NCBI GenBank assembly: GCA_963664365.1
Contig: OY761144.1
Location: 318,424-382,423, forward strand
Direction of reading: 5' to 3'
DNA from: Dehalococcoidia bacterium
Lineage (GTDB): Bacteria > Chloroflexota > Dehalococcoidia > Lucifugimonadales > UBA1123
DNA: 64,000 nt
Position numbers and translations under genes: made by a program. The notes beneath the pieces were generated by a model. It was not told the DNA's origin. It was given only the letters and a program-made list of their open reading frames with translations, and made no database searches. Shown here piece after piece: positions 17,728 through 26,525 of this stretch (position 1 is the first letter of the stretch; each line of letters opens with the position of its first letter).

Positions 17728-18633
17728 TCATTCCGCAAACATTTGCCGCAAAACCGCCATCCGAGCATACAAAGAGTTCTCAGCCTGTCGGTAGAACGCC
17801 AGCCTCTCGTCCTCCACCGCTATCGTGAAGTCCCCCGTCCGCTGCATCGGATCCATGATGATGCAGTGCGGCTTCAGCGAGTCCATGAACGACCCGTCGA
17901 TCACCAGCCGCTCGTGTCCCCGCGACACCAGCAACTGCACGTGCGCCGCCGTCCTGGGACCGTTCAGGTAGATGGCGTCGGCCTCCGACACCGCGGATAT
18001 GTCGTCCACGGTCGTCAGATCCAGCCCATTCTCAGCGCAGTGCTGGACGACCTCCTGTGGGACCCCACCGCTGAACGGCACGACCACCGCCTTCACCCCG
18101 TCGAACATCGCCAGCCCCGTAAGCAGCGCGCTGACGTTCCGATGCTCCGGCCTGCCGACTATGGCGACCGTCTTCCCGTCGATGCCGCCGAGTTCCCGGT
18201 GCAGCGTGTACAAATCCGCCAACGCCTGCGTCGGATGATCGTTCGGACTGCCGCCGTTGATCACCGGAACCGCGTCCACCGCCGCGGCGCGCTCGATAAC
18301 ATTCGCGTCCCCCGTCCTGATTACGACCACGTCGATCTTCAGACTCGCGAGAATGCTCGTGATGTCGTCGATGTTTCTCGGATTGTGTACCGGGAAGAAC
18401 TGCGATGCGTCCTCCGTATGATGCGCCTCTCCCCCCAGCAGCCCGGCGGCCCGCTCGAACGACGTCCGGGTCAGAAAGCTCGGCTCGTAGAACAGGCAGT
18501 AGAGCGCCTTGCCCCACATAACAGGTTCGCGCTCATCCTGGTTACGCAGCGACTCGCACAGCGGAAACAGATCGCCCTCGACCCACTCCCGCGTAACCCG
18601 CGCCGTCTGTATCAAGTGTCGAAGAGTCGGCAT
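17728..18633 (-). CDS. Aspartate carbamoyltransferase-like protein (divergent active site)
   Basis: FYEPS..TRTSFE, VPVINGG, HPTQALADLYT, FYRQAEN..ARMA. Confidence 0.8.
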   Translation of the reverse strand: MPTLRHLIQTARVTREWVEGDLFPLCESLRNQDEREPVMWGKALYCLFYEPSFLTRTSFERAAGLLGGEAHHTEDASQFFPVHNPRNIDDITSILASLKIDVVVIRTGDANVIERAAAVDAVPVINGGSPNDHPTQALADLYTLHRELGGIDGKTVAIVGRPEHRNVSALLTGLAMFDGVKAVVVPFSGGVPQEVVQHCAENGLDLTTVDDISAVSEADAIYLNGPRTAAHVQLLVSRGHERLVIDGSFMDSLKPHCIIMDPMQRTGDFTIAVEDERLAFYRQAENSLYARMAVLRQMFAE

Positions 18634-18724
18634 CTACAAGCTCCAAAAGTCTGATTCAGCAACACACCGCCTCCATGTCCATCCAGGAATTGGGTAGTGG
18701 ATTTCGGTTCAAGAGGTTTCAGGT

Positions 18725-18949
18725 TCACAAACCCTGCCATTCATCGCGAGTCAATTGAGCCTGACGCATGATGCTGCGCTGGGTGCCGACGGATACCTCT
18801 CTGTGACGAGGCACGATGGCTACAAGGGTTCTCTCATCAGTTTGTTTGGTAAACTTGACGTGGCTCCCCTGTTGACTGACTGCGATGAATCCCGCTGCCA
18901 ACAGCTTGCGTACAACACGCCGATATGGGAGTGGTCTAACCGGCGGCAA
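18725..18949 (-). CDS. hicA: HicA-family toxin
   Basis: GF...QQGSHVKF...VPRH, GT..SI.RQA. Confidence 0.88.
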   Translation of the reverse strand: MPPVRPLPYRRVVRKLLAAGFIAVSQQGSHVKFTKQTDERTLVAIVPRHREVSVGTQRSIMRQAQLTRDEWQGL

Positions 18950-19142
18950 TCTCTATATTCAGGTGGTGGAGTTGTGGAGTAGGTTCGGGCCTAGGCGGCG
19001 CGAAGTATAATTCGAGCGCCTCTCGCAGATTGGCTAGAGCGTCATCTACAGACTCCCCCTGGCTGGCTATGTCCACGTCCAGGGCTTGAGCCACGTACCA
19101 GTTGCCTTCACGCCATACGCTGGCGGTTATCGTTCGCTCCAT
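18936..19142 (-). CDS. hicB: HicB-family antitoxin (short form)
   Basis: YVAQ...ASQGESVDDALANLREALELY. Confidence 0.88.
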   Translation of the reverse strand: MERTITASVWREGNWYVAQALDVDIASQGESVDDALANLREALELYFAPPRPEPTPQLHHLNIEIAAG

Positions 19143-19270
19143 TTGTTCACCCGTCCTAGCGATTTCATTTCACAGCCCGACGTATGCGATTCTCCACCAA
19201 TTCTACCACACCCTCATGCCCGCGTTCCGTTCCCCAATAGTCAGGACCAGCGCGTTGAGCGCAGCATCGT

Positions 19271-19380
19271 CCAATCTCACACATCGTAGCACAGGCTACA
19301 CGTTCGGCAGAAACAGGGTAGAGGACGTTCACATAGTCAGCGACTCATCGCGCAACAGCGCGACGAACCCCGTCTGCTCT
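19271..19380 (-). repeat. TA-array junction repeat (vapC 3' end plus promoter block), copy upstream of hicBA
   Basis: ccaatctcacacatcgtagcacagg...gaggacgttcaca..gtcagcgactcatcgcgca matches 24775-24870 and 25586-25690. Confidence 0.85.
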
Positions 19381-19613
19381 ACCACATCCACATCAGGGTT
19401 CGTTCTGATTGCGGACACGCCGTCATAAGCGAGTCTGCGCTTATATTCGCCCAGCCCGCTCATATGGTTGAGCGCTTCAACGAGCGTCATGTCAGTCGTG
19501 ACTATCCGATGCTGTCCAAGGCATGAAACTATGTGCCGAGCCGTCGCGTGCAATTGGTCATCCTCATCAAGCGCGGCTATCCAGTATCCGGCGTCAGCGA
19601 AAAGAGTCTTCAC
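19329..19613 (-). pseudogene. vapC: VapC/PIN toxin with internal in-frame deletion (cassette 4)
   Basis: FADAGYWIA and VEALN are present, but VVEQT joins directly to GFVALL; the SLTDC segment is missing. Confidence 0.8.
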
Positions 19614-19615
19614 CG

Positions 19616-19927
19616 CTACTCTTCTTTCGGATGCCCGTAGAGGTAGTGCTTATAGTTCTTTGCGCCGTCTGTCGGACCATGTTCCTTGGGGATGTGAGAC
19701 AGCGACTTGCGTATGTTGTCGAACATATCATTGATCGAATGAGTATTGGGATTATCAGACCCTTTTCCGCCGCCGGAAGCCGACATCCTCGTCTTGGGAC
19801 GGTCCTCGTCGGAAAGTTGAGTCTGAGGCTTGATGGACACCGTCACCTCCTCACCCTCCTCCAGGTCCAGCGGTTCCAACGGCGTCAGCGCCCCATTCGA
19901 GAATCTGGCTTTCACGTTTGCAATCAT
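19616..19927 (-). CDS. AF2212/DUF104-like antitoxin (cassette 4)
   Basis: MIANVKARFSNGALTPLEPLDLEEGEEV...PTDGAKNYKHYLYGHPKE. Confidence 0.8.
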   Translation of the reverse strand: MIANVKARFSNGALTPLEPLDLEEGEEVTVSIKPQTQLSDEDRPKTRMSASGGGKGSDNPNTHSINDMFDNIRKSLSHIPKEHGPTDGAKNYKHYLYGHPKEE

Positions 19928-19992
19928 CCCGATTCCTCCCAGCGAGGTTTTGCATTTCGTGCGTGTCCTCACCCAATTCTGCTTTTACGGAT

Positions 19993-20343
19993 TTAGTGGA
20001 TTGTTGCGATCTCGTAGGTCATGCCGCGCCGACGGCACCACTCTCTCGCCGCACTTTCCTTGCGAGTCACGGCCGACGAGTCCATCAACGCTGGATTCTT
20101 AACCTCGATCAGCGCCTTGCGACCGTCGGCGTATTCCACTAGGAAATCGGGCCGATAGTTGCACTTTCGCCCCCTGGTGTCGATCCACGGAATCGAAATT
20201 CCGTGCCGTTTCTGCCACTTGGCGACCTCGGCGTCATTCTCGAGTCTCAGCATCATCTTTCGTTCGAGGTCGGAGTCGTAATTCTCAAAACTGAACGGGC
20301 TTTTACCCGGGCTCTCATACCTGCCCCGTTTACTTATCGCCAT
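19993..20343 (-). CDS. TnsA N-terminal-like PD-(D/E)xK endonuclease
   Basis: YDSDLE, YRPDFLVEY, LIEVK; overlaps the res 3' end by 14 nt. Confidence 0.8.
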   Translation of the reverse strand: MAISKRGRYESPGKSPFSFENYDSDLERKMMLRLENDAEVAKWQKRHGISIPWIDTRGRKCNYRPDFLVEYADGRKALIEVKNPALMDSSAVTRKESAAREWCRRRGMTYEIATIH

Positions 20344-22339
20344 ACTTCACCATCCCTTCGATCAGGCCAGGGACGGCCTTTATCTTCTCCTCTACCTGCG
20401 GCAGCATTCGCCGCGTAGCTTCCAGGCGATACCTTTCGGCGAGTCCAAGTGACGAACCGTCAAGGAACTTTAGCCTGATGTGCCCCAGCAAGATGCCATA
20501 TATTCGACCCTTGAACTGCGAAGAGTGTCCGGCATGTTCCAGCAGTCCCTCCGCCATGCCGAGCAGTTCCTGCTTGATGCCCTCCGCCAATTGTTCCGAG
20601 TCGAGGTCAACATCTGACCCGGCTTCGTAAGTAGGTTCCTCTTCCCGAATCGTCCAGCCCTCCGAGGTAAGCTCCGTGCTCTCGACGCCTGAAATCTCCT
20701 GGTCGGTAATTGTCACAGTCTCGGTCGGATAGGCCAACCCCTCCAGTACTTCACGCCAGTTTTTCAACGGATCGGCTGGCTGATCAGGTAGATCGAGAAT
20801 GAACTCTTCAAAATCATCTTCGGACGGCTCAGGAACGTCGATCAGGTTCTCCGGGTTGACCAGTTCTTGGCGGGGTGGGGGCTCGGGTAGGTCCTCCTCC
20901 TCGTCGTATTCGTCATCTACGCCGACACCCGTACGGACTTTGCTCGTAAATATATCCCACAGCCACTGATGGTCCAGCTTGGGATGGTCCACCACCGCGC
21001 ATATCTGAGGCTCTTCCTCGGTGACTCCACCACTTCTTACACGACGCAGGCCGCGCCCAACAACCTGCTGGCCGTAAACCCGACTTCCGAACTTGCGCAG
21101 GAGTAGTATTGTGCCCACCTCTGGTACGTCCCATCCTTCTCTAAGCATCAGCACACTCACCACCGCTTCATACGGTTTACCGCTGCGGCGGGCTTTGCCC
21201 AGTTCCGTCGCCTTCCTGCGGTCTTCGACAGGACTGTCTTCGGTGACCAGCAGAGTTTTAACCTTGAAGTAGTTGCTGAGCGTCCGCTCTGCCTTCTGAG
21301 CATCCAGTTTGCACACGGCAACCACGAATAGTATCGGCTGGTAGCGGCTCTTGGCGCGCCGTTTCTGCTCGGCTAGCCGTTGGAGGGCGATGGCCATCTG
21401 CTGCTGCATAGGCTTATCGTCCGTAACCCACTGCGTCGCGTTCAACCCAAGCCGATCAATCTCATCCCAGTCGATCTCTTCGACACTACGCGTCTCCCCC
21501 GTTTGGGCGTCGGTATAGGTAAGCTCCACGGTTTCTATATTGGGCTGATATACAACCGGCGTCTTGACGAGTCTATCTGCAAGCGCGTCTTGAATCAGAT
21601 ACTCGTAAATCATGCTGCTATCAGGAGATTTGCCGTCCGCGCGGTCAGGTGTCGCCGTGGTGTCGACGCGCAGAATGGTCTTGGGCCGCATCTTTTCAAG
21701 TGCTGCGTCCCACTCCGGCGCAGGCGAGTTGTGCGCCTCGTCATTGAACAGAGCGAACGATCGGCCGTTCATCAGGCCCGATAAGTTGCTCAGACCGCTG
21801 GCGTTGCTGACATAGAACTGGTGGATGTTGCCCAGAACAAGATTGGCCCCCAGCATATCGGCCCAACCGCCGGCCCGGTCACTGCCCAAGGTGGTCAGCG
21901 CAAAGTCATCCTTGCTTACAATGGACCCCTTGGGGATCAGATCCCGGTCCTCGAACACCTTCCCGTTCTGGAAGTCTTCTTCTAGCCGGTCGCGCACGAT
22001 TAGGTTCGGACAGAGCATAACGAATTTCTGCACGTCGTGAGCTATGCGCAGCCATGCGATCAGAGCTGCGATAATGGCGGTCTTGCCCCCGCCTGTCACC
22101 ACGTTCAGCAGAACGCCGTTGGGCAGCGCGAGCGCGTTACGCTCTATCTCAAAAGAGTAGATGACACGAAGAAAGCTATCCCACTGGTGAGGCCACAGAG
22201 TTCCCACACGCGGTTTTGTGTCGTCTTCCGGATCGCTTAGGTGCCGTATGTAGTCTAGGGTCTCAGGCTTGGCGTCAGGGTAGCCGCCCTTGACCCACTG
22301 CTGGAACTCGTCTTCATATCGGCTGAACTCGTTGAACAT
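20330..22339 (-). CDS. Type III restriction Res-like SF2 helicase/ATPase
   Basis: TGGGKT, DEAH, TATP, MLREGWDV, QVVGRGLR. Confidence 0.88.
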   Translation of the reverse strand: MFNEFSRYEDEFQQWVKGGYPDAKPETLDYIRHLSDPEDDTKPRVGTLWPHQWDSFLRVIYSFEIERNALALPNGVLLNVVTGGGKTAIIAALIAWLRIAHDVQKFVMLCPNLIVRDRLEEDFQNGKVFEDRDLIPKGSIVSKDDFALTTLGSDRAGGWADMLGANLVLGNIHQFYVSNASGLSNLSGLMNGRSFALFNDEAHNSPAPEWDAALEKMRPKTILRVDTTATPDRADGKSPDSSMIYEYLIQDALADRLVKTPVVYQPNIETVELTYTDAQTGETRSVEEIDWDEIDRLGLNATQWVTDDKPMQQQMAIALQRLAEQKRRAKSRYQPILFVVAVCKLDAQKAERTLSNYFKVKTLLVTEDSPVEDRRKATELGKARRSGKPYEAVVSVLMLREGWDVPEVGTILLLRKFGSRVYGQQVVGRGLRRVRSGGVTEEEPQICAVVDHPKLDHQWLWDIFTSKVRTGVGVDDEYDEEEDLPEPPPRQELVNPENLIDVPEPSEDDFEEFILDLPDQPADPLKNWREVLEGLAYPTETVTITDQEISGVESTELTSEGWTIREEEPTYEAGSDVDLDSEQLAEGIKQELLGMAEGLLEHAGHSSQFKGRIYGILLGHIRLKFLDGSSLGLAERYRLEATRRMLPQVEEKIKAVPGLIEGMVKYGDK

Positions 22340-22342
22340 GAT

Positions 22343-24232
22343 CTATCGCACCTCAACCGTACAAACCTGCATACCCTCGCCGCCGCGGCTGTCCTGCACA
22401 CGGCAGGCGATAGAGAACTTACCCATGCGGGAGAACTTGTGGGTAATCTGGAGCTGAGGCCTCTTGTTGTTGCCGCTGCCTTTCTGGAACGAGTAGCCAG
22501 GTGTAGCGACAAAGCGCTTTCCATCGTGGTCGAGGTCCCACTGGACGTTGATTATCTCCGCGCCTGAGTTGACGACAACCGAGTCGCCGGCGTCTAGTGT
22601 GACGGAACGACTCCCAAGAGCGCGGTACGTGACCGACACTTCTGGCGGCTGTATGAACGTGAGAAACTCGCCGTAGTCGGCCCTGTCGGTCGAACGTCCG
22701 ACTATGTGCTCGCGGAAGTCGGATTCACCAATACGGATCTGTTTAAGACGCACAAAGTTGACATCGATGTGCTCGCGCTGTCTAAGTGTGTCGGCGGCTT
22801 GCCTTGCGTTTTGTCCGAAGCCCCAGGCCAGCATCACGCCGTCGCGCAGACTGGAGTCGCGGTACTCTACTGTGCGCCGTATCGCATTGGCGAAGTCCTG
22901 AACGTCACGGGCGGTGGCCTGCGAATCTAGACCGGGAGCTCCTACCCAAATAGGAAGCCGGTTTCGCCAGCCGTGAATGTAGGGACTGTCTCCATCATCC
23001 CCAATTCGGCTGGCCCCGTATGACCGCAGAACGAACTCCCTGAACTCCGTTGGTTGCATGTGCGACAATCGATTCGCTTCATATATTCCCCATTGCTCGA
23101 TAGTGAAGTCGGGTACAGCCGCTCCTTGCATGCTTCGCGTTACTGCCTGTTGCTTCAGACGCTCGGCCGTAACAGCAACAGCAACGCGAGACTGATCGCA
23201 ACCTATGAATCGCCTGCCAACTCCTGCACTGAAGTCAATAGCTGGGCGTCCTTTCTGCGTGCGTGTTGATCTAGCACCTAAAGCTGCAACCACAAAGCTC
23301 CCACCTCCCACGAAGAAATCTGCCACTAGATCGCCGGGGTCACTTGCTGCTTCGATTAACCGCTGAAGTAACTCTAGTGGCTTCTGAGTCGGATAACCAA
23401 TTCTTTCTACCTTCTCTGACGGCATGATCGGCTGGACTTCAAAATAATCCTCTGGATGCTTCCCTTTCTTATTGGGCCTATATGTGTCGTATGTTCCGGA
23501 TTGCCGGAACGCGCGAGCAGTATAGTTCAATCTTTCCACGGACTCATCAGAGTAGGGCACCCTTACGGCATCCAAGTTGAACTTGCATGTAGGTCCTTTC
23601 TTGTACCAAAAGATAATGTCATGCTTCCTCGCGAACCGATCCTTTGGCACTCCGCCGCCGCGGTAACACCACACGAGTTCATTCAAGAAGTTTTGATACC
23701 CGAATATCTTGTCCATCTCCACCTTGATGTAATGGCTAGCGTGCCAGTCGCAGTGGACGTAGATGGAGCCGGTGGGCTTGAGGAGACGCTTCATCTCGTA
23801 GAGGCGCGCATTCAGCCAGATAAGGTAGCCCGGCATGCCGTCTTCCCATATGTCGCCGAAAGAGCGCAGTTCGTTGGCATCACCCCATATCACGTTGTAT
23901 TGCTTTCCCGAGAAGAAGGGAGGATCGATGTAGATCAGGTCGATGCTATTGGGTGGAAGCTGACGCATGACGTGCAGGTTGTCGCCCCAGATCAGGCGGT
24001 TCGGCTCGTGATCTTCCGAGTTGCCCATGGGCACACGCTCGATAATCTGTGTCGGCAGATCGACCCGGGGATAGTGCTTGCAAAACTCCTGTCGCCGGTC
24101 CCAGCCCAGCGGCTCGGCCTCTACCGGGATCGACCCGAACCGCGCCGGCGGACGCCAGAACTCTTCCTGCTGCGGCAAGGGCTCATGGACTTCTACGTCG
24201 TCAGGATTTGCGTTGGTGACGAATTCTTGCAC
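22343..24232 (-). CDS. N6/N4 DNA methyltransferase (Mod-like, beta class) with C-terminal extra domains
   Basis: GDNL, IYIDPPF, YPTQKP, DFFVGGGS. Confidence 0.9.
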   Translation of the reverse strand: MQEFVTNANPDDVEVHEPLPQQEEFWRPPARFGSIPVEAEPLGWDRRQEFCKHYPRVDLPTQIIERVPMGNSEDHEPNRLIWGDNLHVMRQLPPNSIDLIYIDPPFFSGKQYNVIWGDANELRSFGDIWEDGMPGYLIWLNARLYEMKRLLKPTGSIYVHCDWHASHYIKVEMDKIFGYQNFLNELVWCYRGGGVPKDRFARKHDIIFWYKKGPTCKFNLDAVRVPYSDESVERLNYTARAFRQSGTYDTYRPNKKGKHPEDYFEVQPIMPSEKVERIGYPTQKPLELLQRLIEAASDPGDLVADFFVGGGSFVVAALGARSTRTQKGRPAIDFSAGVGRRFIGCDQSRVAVAVTAERLKQQAVTRSMQGAAVPDFTIEQWGIYEANRLSHMQPTEFREFVLRSYGASRIGDDGDSPYIHGWRNRLPIWVGAPGLDSQATARDVQDFANAIRRTVEYRDSSLRDGVMLAWGFGQNARQAADTLRQREHIDVNFVRLKQIRIGESDFREHIVGRSTDRADYGEFLTFIQPPEVSVTYRALGSRSVTLDAGDSVVVNSGAEIINVQWDLDHDGKRFVATPGYSFQKGSGNNKRPQLQITHKFSRMGKFSIACRVQDSRGGEGMQVCTVEVR

Positions 24233-24334
24233 GGCGCCTTCTCGACTCGACTGTTGCTTGCTGGTCGGGCAAATGGGTCGGCGCTATTCTATCAGCATGT
24301 GCCCAGCCGCAAAAGGTCGCAGAGAACCGCCATG

Positions 24335-24470
24335 TAGCACAGGCCCGCGCGTTCAGCGGAGACGGCGTAGAGGTCGTTCACGGGGTCAGCGACTCATCGC
24401 GCAGAAGCGCGACGAACCCCGCCTGCTCGAAATCGCGGTCATACGCCAGCGCTTCGGTTATGCCTCGTTC
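24335..24470 (-). repeat. TA-array junction repeat, copy upstream of the methyltransferase
   Basis: tagcacaggcc...gacggcgtagaggtcgttcac..ggtcagcgactcatcgcgcagaagcgcgacgaacccc. Confidence 0.85.
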
Positions 24471-24488
24471 TCCGAAGACCAACGCCAT
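24378..24488 (-). pseudogene. vapC: VapC remnant, 36 aa (cassette 3)
   Basis: MALVF fused directly to GERGITEALAYDRDFEQAGFVALL; TGATG coupling to its antitoxin is retained. Confidence 0.8.
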
Positions 24489-24742
24489 CAGTCTTCCTCT
24501 TTGGGATGACCATACAGGTAATGCTTGTGGTTCTTGGCCAAGTCCGTCGGGACATCCGCCCATTCTTCTGGTGGGATGTCTTTCTGTCGTTCCTTCACCA
24601 TTTCCACAATGGCGGCCAACCCTCGATTCGGCGCCGGCGTTGCCTCAACCGACACCATCACCTCGTCGCCCTCCTCCAGGTCCAGCGGTTCAAGTGGCAT
24701 CAGCGCCCCGTTGGAGAATCTGGCCTTCACGTTCGCGATCAT
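24488..24742 (-). CDS. AF2212/DUF104-like antitoxin (cassette 3)
   Basis: MIANVKARFSNGAL...KHYLYGHPKEED; GGAGG RBS. Confidence 0.85.
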   Translation of the reverse strand: MIANVKARFSNGALMPLEPLDLEEGDEVMVSVEATPAPNRGLAAIVEMVKERQKDIPPEEWADVPTDLAKNHKHYLYGHPKEED

Positions 24743-24965
24743 CCCAAGTCCTCCGGTTCCACACTCATACGAATCCAATCCCACACATCGTAGCACAGCC
24801 GATGCGCGGGCAGAGACGGCGTGGAGGACGTTCACATGGTCAGCGACTCATCGCGCAGAAGGGCGACGAACCCCGCTTGCTCAAAGTCCTGGTCATAGGC
24901 CAGCGCCTCGGTTATGCCCCGTTCTTCCATCAGCAGGAAACTCGCACAATCGGTGAGGCTCCACC
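24650..24965 (-). repeat. Near-identical junction repeat (about 315 bp), offset 811 bp from the next copy
   Basis: Matches about 25461-25776; vapC stops at 24832/25643 and antitoxin starts at 24742/25553 both differ by 811. Confidence 0.9.
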
Positions 24966-25260
24966 GCTGATCCAGCCGGAAAGTGTATCTCTGGACGGAT
25001 GCCACAAACTGGGTGCTAGTCTGGGGGACGACTTCCACGCTGTCATCATTCTGAATCCTCTTCACCGTATCAGAGGCGAGTCCGCGTCTGTGCGCTCCCG
25101 TTCGACACATAAAGTTGAGAAACTCGACAAGAACCATCTCGGTTGTAACTATCCGACAAGGACCTAGCCGTTCCGTAACCATGATTGCTTCCTCGTGGAA
25201 CTGATCATCAGGGTTCTGGACAGCTACCCAATATCCGGAGTCTGCGAAGACCTCTCTCAT
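24832..25260 (-). CDS. vapC: VapC/PIN toxin (cassette 2)
   Basis: VFADSGY, VEFLN, SLTDC, YDQDFEQAGF. Confidence 0.9.
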   Translation of the reverse strand: MREVFADSGYWVAVQNPDDQFHEEAIMVTERLGPCRIVTTEMVLVEFLNFMCRTGAHRRGLASDTVKRIQNDDSVEVVPQTSTQFVASVQRYTFRLDQRWSLTDCASFLLMEERGITEALAYDQDFEQAGFVALLRDESLTM

Positions 25261-25553
25261 CGGTCATCTTCCTTCGGCCACCCATACAGATAATGCTTTA
25301 GGTTCTTGGCGCCGTCGGCAGGAAGGTCGTCCCAACTAACCTTTGTCGCAGACTCACGAATCTCCCTGAGCAAATCCGAGATGGATGGAACTTCCGGAGC
25401 GGGAGAAAGCTTCCCTTCCGACTCCTGGGAAATTGTATCCAGTACGGGGCCGTCTTCAATCGACACCATCACCTCCTCGCCCTCCTCCAGGTCCAGCGGT
25501 TCAAGCGGCATCAGCGCCCCATTCGAAAATCTGGCCTTCACGTTCGCAATCAT
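25257..25553 (-). CDS. AF2212/DUF104-like antitoxin (cassette 2)
   Basis: Same conserved ends as the other copies; ATGA overlap with vapC. Confidence 0.85.
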   Translation of the reverse strand: MIANVKARFSNGALMPLEPLDLEEGEEVMVSIEDGPVLDTISQESEGKLSPAPEVPSISDLLREIRESATKVSWDDLPADGAKNLKHYLYGWPKEDDR

Positions 25554-25776
25554 CCCAAGTCCTCCGGTTCCACACTCATACGAATCCAATCTCACACATC
25601 GTAGCACAGTCGATGCGCGGGCAGAGACGGCGTGGAGGACGTTCACATGGTCAGCGACTCATCGCGCAGAAGCGCGACGAACCCCGCCTGCTCGAAATCG
25701 CGGTCATAGGCCAGCGCCTCAGTTATGCCCCGTTCTTCCATCAGCAGGAAACTAGCGCAGTCGGTGAGGCTCCAGC
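25461..25776 (-). repeat. Near-identical junction repeat, second copy
   Basis: Matches about 24650-24965. Confidence 0.9.
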
Positions 25777-26071
25777 GCTGATCGCCTCGGTCAGCGTAGC
25801 GTTCCACTGCGGCCCTGAACTGCCTGTCTGTCTGCGGGACGATTTCGACGTCGGGATTATCCTCTAACTCTCGAATCATCTGCACCGCAAGACTACGAAG
25901 GTGTTCGCCCCCTCGCGACACGTAGTTGAGCGCTTCGGTGACTACCATCTGACTTGTCGTGATCCTAAACGATCCCAACTCCGCAGCCACCTCACTCGCC
26001 CGTTCGTGAAGCGGGTCTCTGTCGTCCAAGTTCGCTATGAAGTATCCAGCGTCAGCGAAGACCATGGTCAT
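25643..26071 (-). CDS. vapC: VapC/PIN toxin (cassette 1)
   Basis: VFADAGY, TEALN, SLTDC, YDRDFEQAGF. Confidence 0.9.
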   Translation of the reverse strand: MTMVFADAGYFIANLDDRDPLHERASEVAAELGSFRITTSQMVVTEALNYVSRGGEHLRSLAVQMIRELEDNPDVEIVPQTDRQFRAAVERYADRGDQRWSLTDCASFLLMEERGITEALAYDRDFEQAGFVALLRDESLTM

Positions 26072-26343
26072 TAGTCTTCAACCTTTGGATGACCGTAAAG
26101 GTAATGCTTGTAGTTCTTGGCGCCATCCGTGGGCATATCGTCCCATGCCTCGGGCGGGACTGATTTGCGGAGCCTCTCAAACATCTCCAGAATGGACTCC
26201 TTCCTTTTGGCAGGCGGAGACGAGTCCCCTATAGACACCGTCACCTCTATAGACACCGTCACCTCCTCACCCTCCTCCAACTCCAGCGGTTCAAGCGGCA
26301 TCAGCGCCCCATTCGAAAATCTGGCCTTCACGTTCGCGATCAT
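26071..26343 (-). CDS. AF2212/DUF104-like antitoxin (cassette 1)
   Basis: Conserved ends; 18-bp internal duplication (EVTVSI x2). Confidence 0.85.
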   Translation of the reverse strand: MIANVKARFSNGALMPLEPLELEEGEEVTVSIEVTVSIGDSSPPAKRKESILEMFERLRKSVPPEAWDDMPTDGAKNYKHYLYGHPKVED

Positions 26344-26525
26344 CCCAAGTCCTCCCAGCGAGGTTTTGCATCTCGTGCGCTCTCGATATCACACATCGTA
26401 GCACACGCCGCATAGAAACTTGCGAGGATCACTAATCTACGATAGAATTAGTACAAATGCCCGTGCTGATGTGACGACTTGGGGCCGCTCCCTACCGGCT
26501 GCGGACTCAGGCAATTGGAGCGATT

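Noticed and set aside
17635..18654. Long alternative-frame ORFs such as this one, 27548-28531, 31393-32439 and 36795-38264
   Set aside because: Arg/Pro-rich shadows typical of high-GC DNA, overlapping well-supported genes
19993..20343. Tn7-like transposon because of the TnsA-like gene
   Set aside because: No tnsB, tnsC or tniQ and no Tn7-type ends seen; the gene is coupled to the Res-like helicase
19271..26405. Classical integron
   Set aside because: No tyrosine integrase in the window, and the repeats are coding and promoter sequence rather than recognisable attC hairpins
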